The notes below the pieces were generated by a model, which saw only the letters and a program-made list of their open reading frames with translations, was not told the origin of the DNA and did not search any database. A DNA stretch of 64,000 nt, from positions 1 to 64,000 of the forward strand of contig JANRJA010000077.1 of assembly GCA_033764315.1 (NCBI GenBank). The letters run 5' to 3'. Source of the stretch: Oculatellaceae cyanobacterium bins.114 (GTDB lineage: Bacteria; Cyanobacteriota; Cyanobacteriia; Elainellales; Elainellaceae). Every line of letters starts with the position of its first letter. Positions within the stretch are counted from its first letter, which is position 1. The translations under genes and the position numbers were made by a program. Positions 22,790 to 33,857 of this stretch are shown piece by piece.

Positions 22790-24280
22790 ATGAACTTTTT
22801 TCGCAAAGCCCACATCACATTTGATCAAATCAGGCGACAGTGGTTTTCACCCACCTCCCTACAGTTTCGGCTGACAGCAGGAATCACGATCGCATTGGTG
22901 CTAGGTCTAGGAGGTGTAGCCTTATGGATTGGCTGGGGCATGCAACAACTGCTCGTGACCACTCACATTCAAAACGTAGAGTATATTGTTGATCGGTTTC
23001 CTCATGATGTCGGGCTATACCGGGATATGTTCTCCCCAACCATTGCGGTGCAACGAGCAATTTTGCAAGCCGAGGCTGGAGGAGGTAACGAATATTCGTC
23101 TAGCTTACTGATTTGGGTCAGCAACGCTGATGGTGACGTGTTGGTTCAGTCTCGATCGCTACAAGCAGCATCTCCCTCGTTTCAAGCAATGCTGATGTCT
23201 CTTTCGGCGATGCCCATTCAGCCTCAGGTTTATCAAATCAGCGATCGCTATCTCGTTTTATCAAGCAGTCCTTTGATGATCGATCGCAGTGCCTTTGGGC
23301 AGTTATATGTCGCTCAAGACATCACCGAAGAGCAACTAAAATTGATGACCGCGATTCGCCATGTCAGTCTGACTACCATTTTAGCGATTCTGCTTTTACC
23401 GCTTTTGATTGCGGTTTACATTCGGCGATCGCTGCAACCGCTGCGGCGAATGAGTCAGCTTGCCGAAACAATTTCTGCCGATGACTTGAGTCAGGTGCGC
23501 CTCTATCTAGATAGTGCTCCCGATGAAGTTCAAGAATTGGCACAAATGCTCGACAAAATGTTTTCGCGGCTATCACAATCGTGGGAACAATATCGCCAAT
23601 TGGTAGGCAACGTCTCTCATGAATTACGCACGCCACTGAGCATCATCTCCGGCTACCTGCAAAGTCTGCTGCGTCGCAAAGCAAGCCTGAGTGGAGCCCA
23701 GATCGAAGCCTTGGAGATTGCGACATCTGAAACCGATCGCACCATTCAATTGCTGCAAGATTTACTCGACTTAGCTCGACTCGATGGGGGGTATCTCAAT
23801 TTCTGTTGGGAAACCATTGTTCTCAATGACTTGCTTGAAGAAATTGTCGGCATGAGTGAACGATTTAGCGATCGCTCTATCTCCATTGAGGCAGACAGTC
23901 CGGCAATTCAAATCAAAACCGATCGCGATCGCTTAACTCAGGTACTCGTCAATCTAATTGACAATGCTGTGAAATATTCTGAGCCATCCGATCTGATTGT
24001 CGTGAGACTAGCTCAAACCGAAGAACACACGACTATTGAAATCTTAGATCAGGGGTGCGGCATCCCACTTCATCATCAAACCCGCATTTTTGAACGGTTT
24101 TATCGGGTAGACGAAGCGCGTACTCGCTATACCTCTGGAGACTCAAGCCGAACCACCGCCGGAGTTGGGCTAGGTTTAGCTGTTGTTAAATCGTTGGTCA
24201 AAAGCATGGGAGGACATGTAGCAGTCTCCTCTAAGCCAGGTGAAGGCAGCACCTTTACAATTACCCTACCAAATCTGTAG
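22790..24280 (+). CDS. HAMP sensor histidine kinase (RppB-like), no adjacent regulator
   Basis: 2 TM, HAMP, SHELRTPL, NLIDNAVKY, DQGCGI, FERFYR, GLGL. Confidence 0.93.
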   Translation: MNFFRKAHITFDQIRRQWFSPTSLQFRLTAGITIALVLGLGGVALWIGWGMQQLLVTTHIQNVEYIVDRFPHDVGLYRDMFSPTIAVQRAILQAEAGGGNEYSSSLLIWVSNADGDVLVQSRSLQAASPSFQAMLMSLSAMPIQPQVYQISDRYLVLSSSPLMIDRSAFGQLYVAQDITEEQLKLMTAIRHVSLTTILAILLLPLLIAVYIRRSLQPLRRMSQLAETISADDLSQVRLYLDSAPDEVQELAQMLDKMFSRLSQSWEQYRQLVGNVSHELRTPLSIISGYLQSLLRRKASLSGAQIEALEIATSETDRTIQLLQDLLDLARLDGGYLNFCWETIVLNDLLEEIVGMSERFSDRSISIEADSPAIQIKTDRDRLTQVLVNLIDNAVKYSEPSDLIVVRLAQTEEHTTIEILDQGCGIPLHHQTRIFERFYRVDEARTRYTSGDSSRTTAGVGLGLAVVKSLVKSMGGHVAVSSKPGEGSTFTITLPNL

Positions 24281-24497
24281 TGGCATTAACGTGGTGTGCT
24301 ATTAAGTCGCCCTCATCTCAACCTCTGGGTCAGAACAACCCATCAGCATAACAGACGTGATTAATCGCGTCTCTCTGGTTAAACCTCAGCAAATAGTGTC
24401 CTATTTGAGCAGACTATAGCTTTACACAGCAATAGGGACGTTTTGTAAAACGCCCCTAACCAGATATCTGTCATGACAGAATGAAATCTTTGTGGGT

Positions 24498-24860
24498 CTA
24501 GTTGCTGCTGTTGTTGTAGAGCGAGTCCAGCTGTCGTGAGACAGCCGCAAGATATCGGTGATTATTAAGCGTGTCAGGAGACAATCTGCGAGTATTGATG
24601 GCCGCTCGTACTAAATCTTCAGCCGCAACCTGACCAGCACGATAGCTAAAGATGAGCTGACCAAATTTAGGAATCCCCTCATTTACTAAAAACCCTTGAT
24701 AGGACAGCGATACAAGATCAAAAGGTGTGATCGAAATATTGGCTGTAGCAGGGCTTGATGAGGTGACAGGCATTAAAGGGAGAGGAGCCGTTTGAGCATA
24801 AGCAGCGGGAGCAGCCAAGAGCAGCAAAACTGATAAACCACTAACAATGAAGTATTTCAT
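24498..24860 (-). CDS. Small secreted hypothetical protein
   Basis: Signal peptide ending AYA; TPFDLVSLSYQG core. Confidence 0.8.
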   Translation of the reverse strand: MKYFIVSGLSVLLLLAAPAAYAQTAPLPLMPVTSSSPATANISITPFDLVSLSYQGFLVNEGIPKFGQLIFSYRAGQVAAEDLVRAAINTRRLSPDTLNNHRYLAAVSRQLDSLYNNSSN

Positions 24861-25802
24861 CAGGTTAAATCCTCGTAAAGATCAAGTCAATTTGGGTGTA
24901 CTCTACTGTGATCTTTAGGGTGCACTGGTTTCCTGAGATTCCTATGAATAATTGCTGACAGGTGAGTGAAAGTTAAGACTCACCAGATAAGAAAAATTGA
25001 GGAATTGTAGAAGAATTTTTGCTCAAAACTCTTTTTGTAATGTGATGCAACAGTTCTAGCGTTGTTATGTGATCAATCATTTTTTGATTGACATAAACCG
25101 CATCCATCGAAGTCAGCGGCGGCTGTAATATAGCCATCTTGATCTGACTGTTACGGTTCTCAATAATATCTGACCTAAGTTTAATTGAAACGCCAGTCAA
25201 GCCTCAGCTTTTTCTCATACAAGATGGAGATTTCAGATGCACTATTTAAGTCAAGGCTCCCAAAAGTACTAGAATTTTTAATTCTTGCCGAGAAAGTATA
25301 ATGAAATCGCATCTTGACCCCTTGATTCAACGGCTTGAGCTAATTACTCAGCAGTTAAAGATGTTAGAAATCGTGTTTGCAGCCAGTTCTTTAAGAGAAC
25401 ACAAGGCGTTGATCGTCACGCCAGAAACCTTGTTTTGCCAAGAAGCTAACTCACCCTTCAAATTGAACCGTTGCTTTCCGTTTAAAGATAGCTGCAACGA
25501 TTGAGTTTCTAAGCCGCCCAGCCTAATGCTAACTGCTCGATGAGCGTTACAATATCGACTTGATTGAGGTAAATCGGCTGATATCACGGTTGTTTGTTGC
25601 GATCGCTTCTTAAACAGAAATTGCAGCTCATTTTACACTAAAGCCTGTAAACTGATCACAGGTTTAATATCGGTGAGAATGTGAGGATGGCTCACTCAGT
25701 CCACACTCTGCACTCAACCTGAAAAAACTCTGCACCCCTTTGATTCAAATCAGGCGTTTCTAGTATCGTCGTGAACTTCGCTTTGCTCTAACATTTCATA
25801 CC

Positions 25803-25881
25803 ATAGCAGTCCTAAATCATTTGTGAGACTAAGAAGCACACTCCAGCGGAGTGCGCTTCTTACACCCATCTAGGATTGCTA
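25803..25881. mobile_element. TATAGC-family MITE-like element
   Basis: ATAGCAGTCCTAAAT...ATCTAGGATTGCTA ends; internal AAGAAGCACACTCC/GGAGTGCGCTTCTT palindrome. Confidence 0.65.
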
Positions 25882-25901
25882 CAGGAGTCCTGAGTCAATC
25901 A

Positions 25902-26058
25902 GCTACGATGTACACACAAGTCTTCTGATTTAGCCTGGGCTGGGTTTGATCCTCCCTAACCCTCCTTAAACAGGAGGGGATCAGAGTCAAAGTTCCCCTT
26001 TTCAAGGGGGATTGAGCTAGGTTTGGAACTCTCAACCCGAGATCTGTGTACACAGTAG
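25902..26058. mobile_element. MITE with 10-bp target-site duplication
   Basis: TIRs CTACGATGTACACA / TGTGTACACAGTAG; GAGTCAATCA duplicated at 25892-25901 and 26059-26068. Confidence 0.85.
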
Positions 26059-26239
26059 GAGTCAATCAAGGAGATGCCATCTCAGCCTGGTCGTCCCACA
26101 CCTCAACATCGTTATTTCTAGAGCATTGCACCGTTAACTACTACACAACTCACAATATTATCTAAAGGATTTACATCATCTAAAGGATTTAATAGTTGTA
26201 GTGATCGACCCATTCTTGGCTTTGCTCAATTGACAATCT

Positions 26240-28072
26240 ATGGCCACCGATAGCTCTATTTCTCAACCATCTAACTTCCAGCAACCGGATTTAGATAACG
26301 TCTTGTCGGCTCCGTCTCAAGCCCAGCAACGGCGGCGAGAGCAGCGAGTTTTGGAGTTTCTGTCTTCTCTCAGCTATCGTACGGGTCAGCTCAAAACCTA
26401 TCTAAAATCGATTGCTCAGGGAATGAATGAATTGATTGGGCTAGATTGGTCAGTTGTGACCTTTTGCCAGGATGACGCTGAACAGATTTTGGCTAGCACA
26501 ATCGAGTTGGATGAAGCCCCAGAACAGACGTATTCTCTCCACGGCACCCTTACGGGAACGGTCATTGCAAGTGGCATGGCTCTGGTCGTTGAAGACACAA
26601 CAAAGCATGTAGAGTATGGGGTAGCTCCAGAGGGATATCAAGCCTATTTGGGAGTTCCTCTGCAAACCCCGACAGGTGCCATCATCGGCACTATTTGTTC
26701 TTTTCAACACAATCCTCGGCGGTTTACCGATGAGGAAGTCAGCCTCGCCAAAATGTTTGCAGAACGAGCGGCGATCGCCATTGATAACTATCATCTTTAT
26801 CAACAGCAGCAAAAATTTAATCAGGTGTTAGAGGCGGAAGTAGCGAGACGGACGCAAGAACTGAGCATTGCGCAAGCACAACTGCTAGAGGCAAACAACC
26901 AATTAGAACAACGAATTGAGCGACGGACGGTTGAATTGCGGCGCACCAATGAGCAACTGCAAGCTGAGATTCAAGAACGACAGCAAATTGAGGAGTCTCT
27001 GCGACAAAGCGAAGTTCGCTTTAGGCTCTTAGTTGAAAATGCAGGAGATGCCTTTTTGCTGCTCGATCCTGCCAATGGTCGCGTTTTAGATGCCAATCAA
27101 CGGGCCTGTGAAAATTTAGGCTATTCCTATGAAGAACTGTTAGAACGGTCTACTCCAGATTTTGATGTGCGATTTACCGCAGATGAGTTGTTGGCATTTC
27201 GGCAAACACTGGTAGTCAGTACTCCTAAAACCTTAGAGAGTGCCCATCGCCGCAAAGACGGCACGATATTTCCGGTTGAGGCAACGGTGTGCTTGTTTGA
27301 GGCAGGAGGGCGATCGCTAGAACTGGCTCTAGTCCGAGATATCACAGAGCGCAAGCAAGCTGAAGCGGCAATGGCACGTCTGGCTGAAATTGGTGAATTA
27401 GCCGCCATGATTGTGCACGAAGTTCGCAATCCCTTAACCACCGTGTTGATGGGCTTGACAGCCCTGCGGGGGGTCGATCTGCCCAAAAAGGCGCAACTGC
27501 AACTGGCTCTAGCACTGGAGGATTCGGAACGACTGCAACGCCTGCTTAACGAAATCTTGTTGTATGCCAAACAACAGGTGCTGAACAACTGTGAATTAGA
27601 GCTAAATGCTTTTATCACTGAGTTGTTAGAAGGGTTACGTATGATTCCGGCGATCGCAGAACATTGCATTCAATTTATCCCAATGTTGTCTCCTGTGTGG
27701 ATCTGGGGCGATCGCGACAAACTCAAACAAGTCTTGATTAACTTAATGAGAAATGCCTGCGAAGCTGTGCAATCGGGTGAAGTCATCACCTGCGATATTA
27801 AGATCAATCCTGATCAGATTTGCATCCGAGTTCACAATGGAGGTGAACCCATTCCACCCGATCAATTGGTAAAACTAGGAACTCCTTTTTTTACGACCAA
27901 ACAGTCTGGTAATGGGCTAGGTTTGGCTATTGTCCGCCGCATTGTAGAGGCTCATGGGGGTCAGTTAGTCATTCAATCTGCTTTAGAAATTGGCACGACT
28001 GTGAGTGTGCAGTTGCCTCTTACCCTCAAAAGAGATGGAAGTAGCCAAACCAATCGCAACGCCCTTGGTTGA
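26240..28072 (+). CDS. Cytoplasmic GAF-PAS histidine kinase
   Basis: AYLGVPL GAF, PAS (RKDG..FPVE...RDITERKQAE), HEVRNPL, NLMRNA, GNGLGL. Confidence 0.93.
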   Translation: MATDSSISQPSNFQQPDLDNVLSAPSQAQQRRREQRVLEFLSSLSYRTGQLKTYLKSIAQGMNELIGLDWSVVTFCQDDAEQILASTIELDEAPEQTYSLHGTLTGTVIASGMALVVEDTTKHVEYGVAPEGYQAYLGVPLQTPTGAIIGTICSFQHNPRRFTDEEVSLAKMFAERAAIAIDNYHLYQQQQKFNQVLEAEVARRTQELSIAQAQLLEANNQLEQRIERRTVELRRTNEQLQAEIQERQQIEESLRQSEVRFRLLVENAGDAFLLLDPANGRVLDANQRACENLGYSYEELLERSTPDFDVRFTADELLAFRQTLVVSTPKTLESAHRRKDGTIFPVEATVCLFEAGGRSLELALVRDITERKQAEAAMARLAEIGELAAMIVHEVRNPLTTVLMGLTALRGVDLPKKAQLQLALALEDSERLQRLLNEILLYAKQQVLNNCELELNAFITELLEGLRMIPAIAEHCIQFIPMLSPVWIWGDRDKLKQVLINLMRNACEAVQSGEVITCDIKINPDQICIRVHNGGEPIPPDQLVKLGTPFFTTKQSGNGLGLAIVRRIVEAHGGQLVIQSALEIGTTVSVQLPLTLKRDGSSQTNRNALG

Positions 28073-29164
28073 TCATCGCTCTACAATTCGCATGACATGC
28101 CCATCAGGATCACGAACTAAAAATCCTCTGGCAAATCCTAACGCAGGATTGGGTATTTCAATCACGTTTGATGAAATTAACGCATATCCACGCTCTCGCA
28201 GTCGTTGAGCTACGGCCGCTGCATTATTTACAATCAATGTCGTTTGCCAATGCACTAAATCATTGGCACGGGTATCTAGGGGAATCGATCGCCCATCGGA
28301 TGGGGTGAGATATTCTAAAAACTCAATTCCTGGCCCAACAGAGGCTCGCAGCCCGCTAATCTGTAACCGCGCCCCAAAGACATTATTCAAATGCTCCTGC
28401 TCTGTGCCATAGTTTTCGCTTGCGCCTGATACCTGTAGCCCTAATCCATCCCGGTAAAACATCAGACTTGTTGCTGTGTTAGAAACGGCGATCGCTGTAT
28501 GGTCAATTCCTAAAAATAACTGATCGGTGGCTTGCTGCCAGCGAGGGTCGCCTTTGCCAGAGGGATAGTGAATAATCTCTAAATTATGTCCATCTGGATC
28601 GCGGAAATAGAATGCCTCAATGCCTGCGGCAGCCGTGAGATAGTCTGGCAGCCGTTGAGGAGCCGTCGAAACGTGCTGAACGTTGTGTTGGCGCAGGAGT
28701 TGATAAGCCTGATCCATATCGCTCACCACAATGGCGATGTGTTGAAACCAGCGATCGTTACTGCGAGAATCAACCGGGATAGGTCTTCCTTCGGGTGTGA
28801 GATAATCCCTTAGCTCAATCACTTCACGACCTAATTGGAGCTGCACCACTCGTATGCGGCCTCCAAAAACCCCCTCTAGATGCTCATATTCGCTGCCCCA
28901 CACCTCGACGTCTGAGATCTGGCGAAAAGGCAAAACCTGAGTATAGAACTCAAGCGCGCGATCCATATTTGACACCGTTATGCCGACGCTGGCTACAGCC
29001 TGAACTGTCGATTGGGTTGGCACTTGGGCAATGGGCGCACTGATGACCTGTCGCTGCGACTCGGTCTGAGAATTCACACGACTCTGAGGAGCCAAACCGA
29101 TCGCAACCGCAACCGCTAGTGATAAAAATGTTCGTTTTAGAGGTTTAGTCGAGCGAGGGTGCAT
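28073..29164 (-). CDS. Secreted VOC/glyoxalase-fold protein (tandem domains)
   Basis: Signal-like N-terminus; QHIAIVV, FRDPDGH, IDHTAI, RDPDGH. Confidence 0.88.
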   Translation of the reverse strand: MHPRSTKPLKRTFLSLAVAVAIGLAPQSRVNSQTESQRQVISAPIAQVPTQSTVQAVASVGITVSNMDRALEFYTQVLPFRQISDVEVWGSEYEHLEGVFGGRIRVVQLQLGREVIELRDYLTPEGRPIPVDSRSNDRWFQHIAIVVSDMDQAYQLLRQHNVQHVSTAPQRLPDYLTAAAGIEAFYFRDPDGHNLEIIHYPSGKGDPRWQQATDQLFLGIDHTAIAVSNTATSLMFYRDGLGLQVSGASENYGTEQEHLNNVFGARLQISGLRASVGPGIEFLEYLTPSDGRSIPLDTRANDLVHWQTTLIVNNAAAVAQRLRERGYALISSNVIEIPNPALGFARGFLVRDPDGHVMRIVER

Positions 29165-29493
29165 GCTTATGTCTTCTCGGCAAGAGTGGTTGTATGGGAG
29201 TGTTTTTGCAGGAGTGGTTTACAGGAGTATTTTTACAATGCCTGGATTCCCTGAGAAGGGTCTGAGTCTGCCATAACTCTTTCCTGAGAGGTTTAGTTAA
29301 GGTACACGCACCATGAGCCTTGGGTTACGCTACGCTAACTCTCTTGAGATTGACTAAGTTAATCACCTGGGTTTGCCATTTGCTCATGGAATTCTCATCA
29401 TGCTTTCAGACCTGAATAGGGTTTAGGGTTCATACTCCAGGACATACGTTCAATCGCAATTCAAGCTGTGTTTGACAGAGGAGAATCGGCATC

Positions 29494-32223
29494 ATGACAC
29501 CCTTAACAGCAGAGGAGAAACGGCTTGAAGAAACCCGTACTCAACAAGCACACTGGCGTAAATGGGGACCTTATCTAAGCGATCGCCAATGGGGAACTGT
29601 CCGAGAAGATTACAGCCCTGATGGCACCGCGTGGGATTACTTCTCTCACGATCAGGCACGGTCTCGTGCTTATCGCTGGGGCGAGGATGGCATTGCTGGC
29701 ATTTCTGACAACCACCAACAACTCTGTTTTGCGATCGCCCTATGGAATGGCGCAGACCCGATTTTAAAGGAGCGTTTTTTTGGGCTAACGGGCAACCAAG
29801 GAAATCATGGCGAGGATGTCAAAGAATACTATTTTTACCTCGACAGCACACCCACTCACTCCTACATGAAGATGCTCTACAAATATCCTCATGCTGAGTT
29901 TCCCTATGCCCAATTGGTCGAAGAAAATCAGCGACGCGATCGGCGTGCTCCAGAGTTTGAGTTAATGCACACAGGCGTGTTTGATGAAAATCGCTATTTT
30001 GATGTGTTGGTTGAATATGCGAAATCAGCCTCTGACGACATCTTAATCAGAATTAGCGTCACAAACCAAGGCCCTGAGGCTCACTCACTCGATCTGCTGC
30101 CAACCTTGTGGTTTCGCAACACTTGGTCTTGGAATCACTCTGAAAAACCAATTCTCAAAGCCGTTTCTGCTAACCCGTCAATCAGCACGATTGAAGCACT
30201 CCATCCTCAACTGGGTCAATTTCAGCTTTATTGCAACATGCCCACCGAGGGACACCCTGTTCCCTTGTTGTTCACTGAAAACGAAACTAATTATCACCGT
30301 TTATTTGGGGTAGAAAATCCTTCACCCTATGTCAAAGATGGTATCAATCACTCCGTTGTGAATGGACAAACGGATGCGGTCAACCCTGCACAGGTCGGCA
30401 CAAAAGCAGCCGCTCATTACACACTCAACATTGAGGCAGGAGAAACTCAAACCATTGAATTGCGCCTCTGTCAGACTGCCGCTTTGAATGGATCTGTTCC
30501 ACCAATGTTTGGGGAGACATTTAACACTATCTTTCAACAGCGGCAGCAAGAAGCGGATGAGTTTTATCAGCGCATTATGCCTTCCTGTTTGTCGCACGAC
30601 CACTGCATTGTGCAACGACAGGCATTTGCCGGAATGATGTGGAATAAGCAGTACTTCTACTACGTGGTGGATGAATGGTTGAAGGGTGACCCGGCTTGTC
30701 CTGCACCACCCCCTGAACGCAAAAAGGGCAGAAATCGAGAATGGATTCATCTCCACAACGAAGACATTCTCTCTATGTGTGACAAGTGGGAGTATCCCTG
30801 GTTTGCCGCCTGGGATTTAGCCTTCCATTGCATTCCCCTGGCGATGATTGACCCCGACTTTGCCAAACGCCAACTCGATGTCATGACACGAGAGTGGTAT
30901 ATGCACCCGAATGGGCAGATTCCGGCTTATGAATGGGCGTTTAGTGATGTCAACCCCCCGGTGCATGCTTGGGCAACCTGGCGGGTTTATAAGATTGAGC
31001 AAAAAATGTATGGCAAAAGCGATCGCCAATTTTTAGAGCGAGTGTTTCAGAAACTCCTTTTAAACTTCACCTGGTGGGTCAACCGCAAAGACCGCAACGG
31101 TCGTAACATTTTTGAGGGTGGCTTTTTGGGAATGGATAACGTTGGAGTCTTTGATCGCAGTGCTGAGCTGCCCACAGGAGGCTATTTAGAGCAATCAGAT
31201 GGAACAAGTTGGATGGGGATGTATTGTCTCAATTTGCTCACCATTGCCCTGGAACTCGCCAAAGAAAATCCAGTTTATGAAGACATTGCCACTAAGTTTT
31301 TTGAGCATTTTCTCTACATAGCCGATGCAATGAACAAAATCGGAGAAGAGGAAACCTCGCTCTGGGATGACCAGGACGGCTTTTACTATGACGTGTTGCA
31401 CTTGCCCAATGATCAACAGGTGCGGCTCAAGGTGCGATCGATGGTGGGCTTAATTCCATTATTTGCAGTGGAAACACTGGAACCAGAGACACTCGAACGA
31501 TTGCCCGGATTTAAAAAGCGGGTGGAGTGGTTTATTCGCCATCGCCCTGACCTGCGAGACAATGTCGCCTGTATGGAAAAAGAAGGTGTAGGAGCCAGAC
31601 GCTTGTTAGCGATCGCCTATCGGGAAAAGCTACGCCGCATTTTGGAAATCATGCTAGATGAAAACGAGTTTTTGAGTGACTATGGCATTCGATCGGTGTC
31701 CAAGTATCACGCCAACCATCCCTATCTGTTTCAAGCAAAGGGGATGGAATATCGCGTTGATTATGAACCTGCCGAATCGAGCACAGGTTTATTTGGTGGC
31801 AATTCAAATTGGCGTGGTCCCATTTGGATGCCTGTTAACTATCTGATCATTGAGTCGCTGCAAAAGTTTCACTATTATCTAGGGGACGATTTCAAAGTTG
31901 AATGTCCTACGGGGTCTGGCAACTGGATGACACTATGGGAGGTCGCCAGTGACTTGTCACAGCGTCTTACCCGCATTTTTCTCAATGACGCATCGGGTCA
32001 TCGTCCAGTATATGGCGGCAGCACCCTGTTTCAGACCGACCCTCACTGGCATGATCTGATCTTGTTCTATGAATATTTTCATGGAGATAATGGGGCAGGC
32101 ATTGGAGCTAGCCATCAAACCGGGTGGACAGGGTTGGTTGCCAAACTGATTCAACAGTGGGGCGAATATGAGGGGCAAGACAAATCACCAGACCTCCATT
32201 TGGAGGAGGGGTTAGTGAACTAA
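29494..32223 (+). CDS. GH63 / MGH1-like glucosidase
   Basis: [50 protein letters not shown]. Confidence 0.9.
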   Translation: MTPLTAEEKRLEETRTQQAHWRKWGPYLSDRQWGTVREDYSPDGTAWDYFSHDQARSRAYRWGEDGIAGISDNHQQLCFAIALWNGADPILKERFFGLTGNQGNHGEDVKEYYFYLDSTPTHSYMKMLYKYPHAEFPYAQLVEENQRRDRRAPEFELMHTGVFDENRYFDVLVEYAKSASDDILIRISVTNQGPEAHSLDLLPTLWFRNTWSWNHSEKPILKAVSANPSISTIEALHPQLGQFQLYCNMPTEGHPVPLLFTENETNYHRLFGVENPSPYVKDGINHSVVNGQTDAVNPAQVGTKAAAHYTLNIEAGETQTIELRLCQTAALNGSVPPMFGETFNTIFQQRQQEADEFYQRIMPSCLSHDHCIVQRQAFAGMMWNKQYFYYVVDEWLKGDPACPAPPPERKKGRNREWIHLHNEDILSMCDKWEYPWFAAWDLAFHCIPLAMIDPDFAKRQLDVMTREWYMHPNGQIPAYEWAFSDVNPPVHAWATWRVYKIEQKMYGKSDRQFLERVFQKLLLNFTWWVNRKDRNGRNIFEGGFLGMDNVGVFDRSAELPTGGYLEQSDGTSWMGMYCLNLLTIALELAKENPVYEDIATKFFEHFLYIADAMNKIGEEETSLWDDQDGFYYDVLHLPNDQQVRLKVRSMVGLIPLFAVETLEPETLERLPGFKKRVEWFIRHRPDLRDNVACMEKEGVGARRLLAIAYREKLRRILEIMLDENEFLSDYGIRSVSKYHANHPYLFQAKGMEYRVDYEPAESSTGLFGGNSNWRGPIWMPVNYLIIESLQKFHYYLGDDFKVECPTGSGNWMTLWEVASDLSQRLTRIFLNDASGHRPVYGGSTLFQTDPHWHDLILFYEYFHGDNGAGIGASHQTGWTGLVAKLIQQWGEYEGQDKSPDLHLEEGLVN

Positions 32224-32372
32224 TTTGCAATCACTGTCACCATAAAGAGAGAGAGTGTTGCTACAACCCAGTTACTACCAAGAGCGAGTTCTAGTGAACA
32301 CTTTCTGCTCGAAGCTCCGTAAAATGAGCTTCTTACAGCTTCTTATGTCAACCATTTGTTGCTCTTGTTAGT

Positions 32373-33812
32373 ATGTCTGATTTGATTTTGTTTTGGCATC
32401 GTCGCGATCTGCGGGTAACCGATAATATCGGGTTGGCAAACGCCCGTCAGCAAAGTTCTAAAGTTGTGGGGGTGTTTTGCTTAGATCCGGCAATTTTACA
32501 GCGTGATGATGTGGCTCCTGCCAGAGTCACCTATATGATGGGCAGCTTAGAGGCGTTACAGTCTGCTTATACCCAAGCCGGGAGCCAACTGCTCATTTTG
32601 TACGATGACCCGATTAAGGCACTTCCGACTCTAGCAACAACCCTCAATGCCAAAGGGGTTTACTTTAATTGGGATGTCGAACCCTACGCTAGAAGTCGCG
32701 ATCGCGCCATACAGGAAGCCTTGAAAACCGCCGGAATCGCAACTCAAACCACATGGGATCAACTCCTCCATGCACCTGATGAGATTCGCTCTGGTTCTGG
32801 TTCACCCTACACGGTTTACACTCCGTTTTGGCGCAACTGGAGCAGCCGACCCAAAGCTGATCCAGCTCTTGCTTTAGAGCAGGCAACGGGGTTGAACGAG
32901 ACAGAGATGGAGTTAGCTAAAACAGCAGGGGCGATCGCCCTACCTTCAGCCAAAGATCTGGGCTTTGAGTGGACCAATGCTTTGTTGTTGGAACCAGGGG
33001 AACAGCCCGCTCAAGAACGGTTAGCTGAGTTTTGTCAACAGGCGATCGCGGACTATCAAGAACAGCGCAATTTTCCAGCAGTGGTGGGTACGTCTCATCT
33101 GAGTGCAGCGTTGAAATTTGGAGTAATTGGAGTTCGCACGGTGTGGGCAGCGACCGTTGAGGCAATGGAAAACAGTCGCAGCGATGAAACCCAAGATAGC
33201 ATTCGCACCTGGCGACAAGAACTGGCATGGCGGGAGTTTTATCAACACGTCATGTACTTCTTCCCAGAGTTGGCGGATGGGGCATATCGTGCCGCTTTCA
33301 AGAATTTTCCTTGGGAGAATAATCTTGACTATTTTCAGGCTTGGTGTGATGGCAAAACTGGGTATCCGATTGTGGATGCAGCGATGCGACAGATGAACCA
33401 GTTGGGCTGGATGCACAACCGTTGCCGCATGATTGTTGCCAGTTTTCTCACCAAGGATCTGCTGATCAATCCTCAGCTAGGAGAAAAATATTTCATGCAA
33501 AAGCTCTATGATGGCGACCTCTCTGCCAATAATGGCGGGTGGCAGTGGAGTGCCTCTAGCGGCATGGACCCTAAACCAGTGCGAATTTTTAACCCTGCTA
33601 GTCAAACTCAAAAGTTTGATGCTGAGGCAGATTACATTCGAGAGTGGCTCCCTGAGTTGAGAAGCTTAGACACTGAGGCGTTAGTCACCGGCAAGATTGC
33701 TCCTCTTGATCGTGAAGCCTGTGACTATCCAGCCCCAATTGTGGATCATCGAGAGCGACAACAACTCTTTAAGCAACGCTATAGCGAACAAAAGGCAGCC
33801 AGCAGTAGCTAA
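32373..33812 (+). CDS. phrA: Class I CPD DNA photolyase
   Basis: WHRRDLR, TSHLSAAL, ELAWREFY, TGYPIVDAAMR, MHNRCRM, NNGGWQW. Confidence 0.93.
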   Translation: MSDLILFWHRRDLRVTDNIGLANARQQSSKVVGVFCLDPAILQRDDVAPARVTYMMGSLEALQSAYTQAGSQLLILYDDPIKALPTLATTLNAKGVYFNWDVEPYARSRDRAIQEALKTAGIATQTTWDQLLHAPDEIRSGSGSPYTVYTPFWRNWSSRPKADPALALEQATGLNETEMELAKTAGAIALPSAKDLGFEWTNALLLEPGEQPAQERLAEFCQQAIADYQEQRNFPAVVGTSHLSAALKFGVIGVRTVWAATVEAMENSRSDETQDSIRTWRQELAWREFYQHVMYFFPELADGAYRAAFKNFPWENNLDYFQAWCDGKTGYPIVDAAMRQMNQLGWMHNRCRMIVASFLTKDLLINPQLGEKYFMQKLYDGDLSANNGGWQWSASSGMDPKPVRIFNPASQTQKFDAEADYIREWLPELRSLDTEALVTGKIAPLDREACDYPAPIVDHRERQQLFKQRYSEQKAASSS

Positions 33813-33857
33813 AGACTCAAAATTGCGGATTTTCTCAAAAGCCGCAATTCTCGTAGA

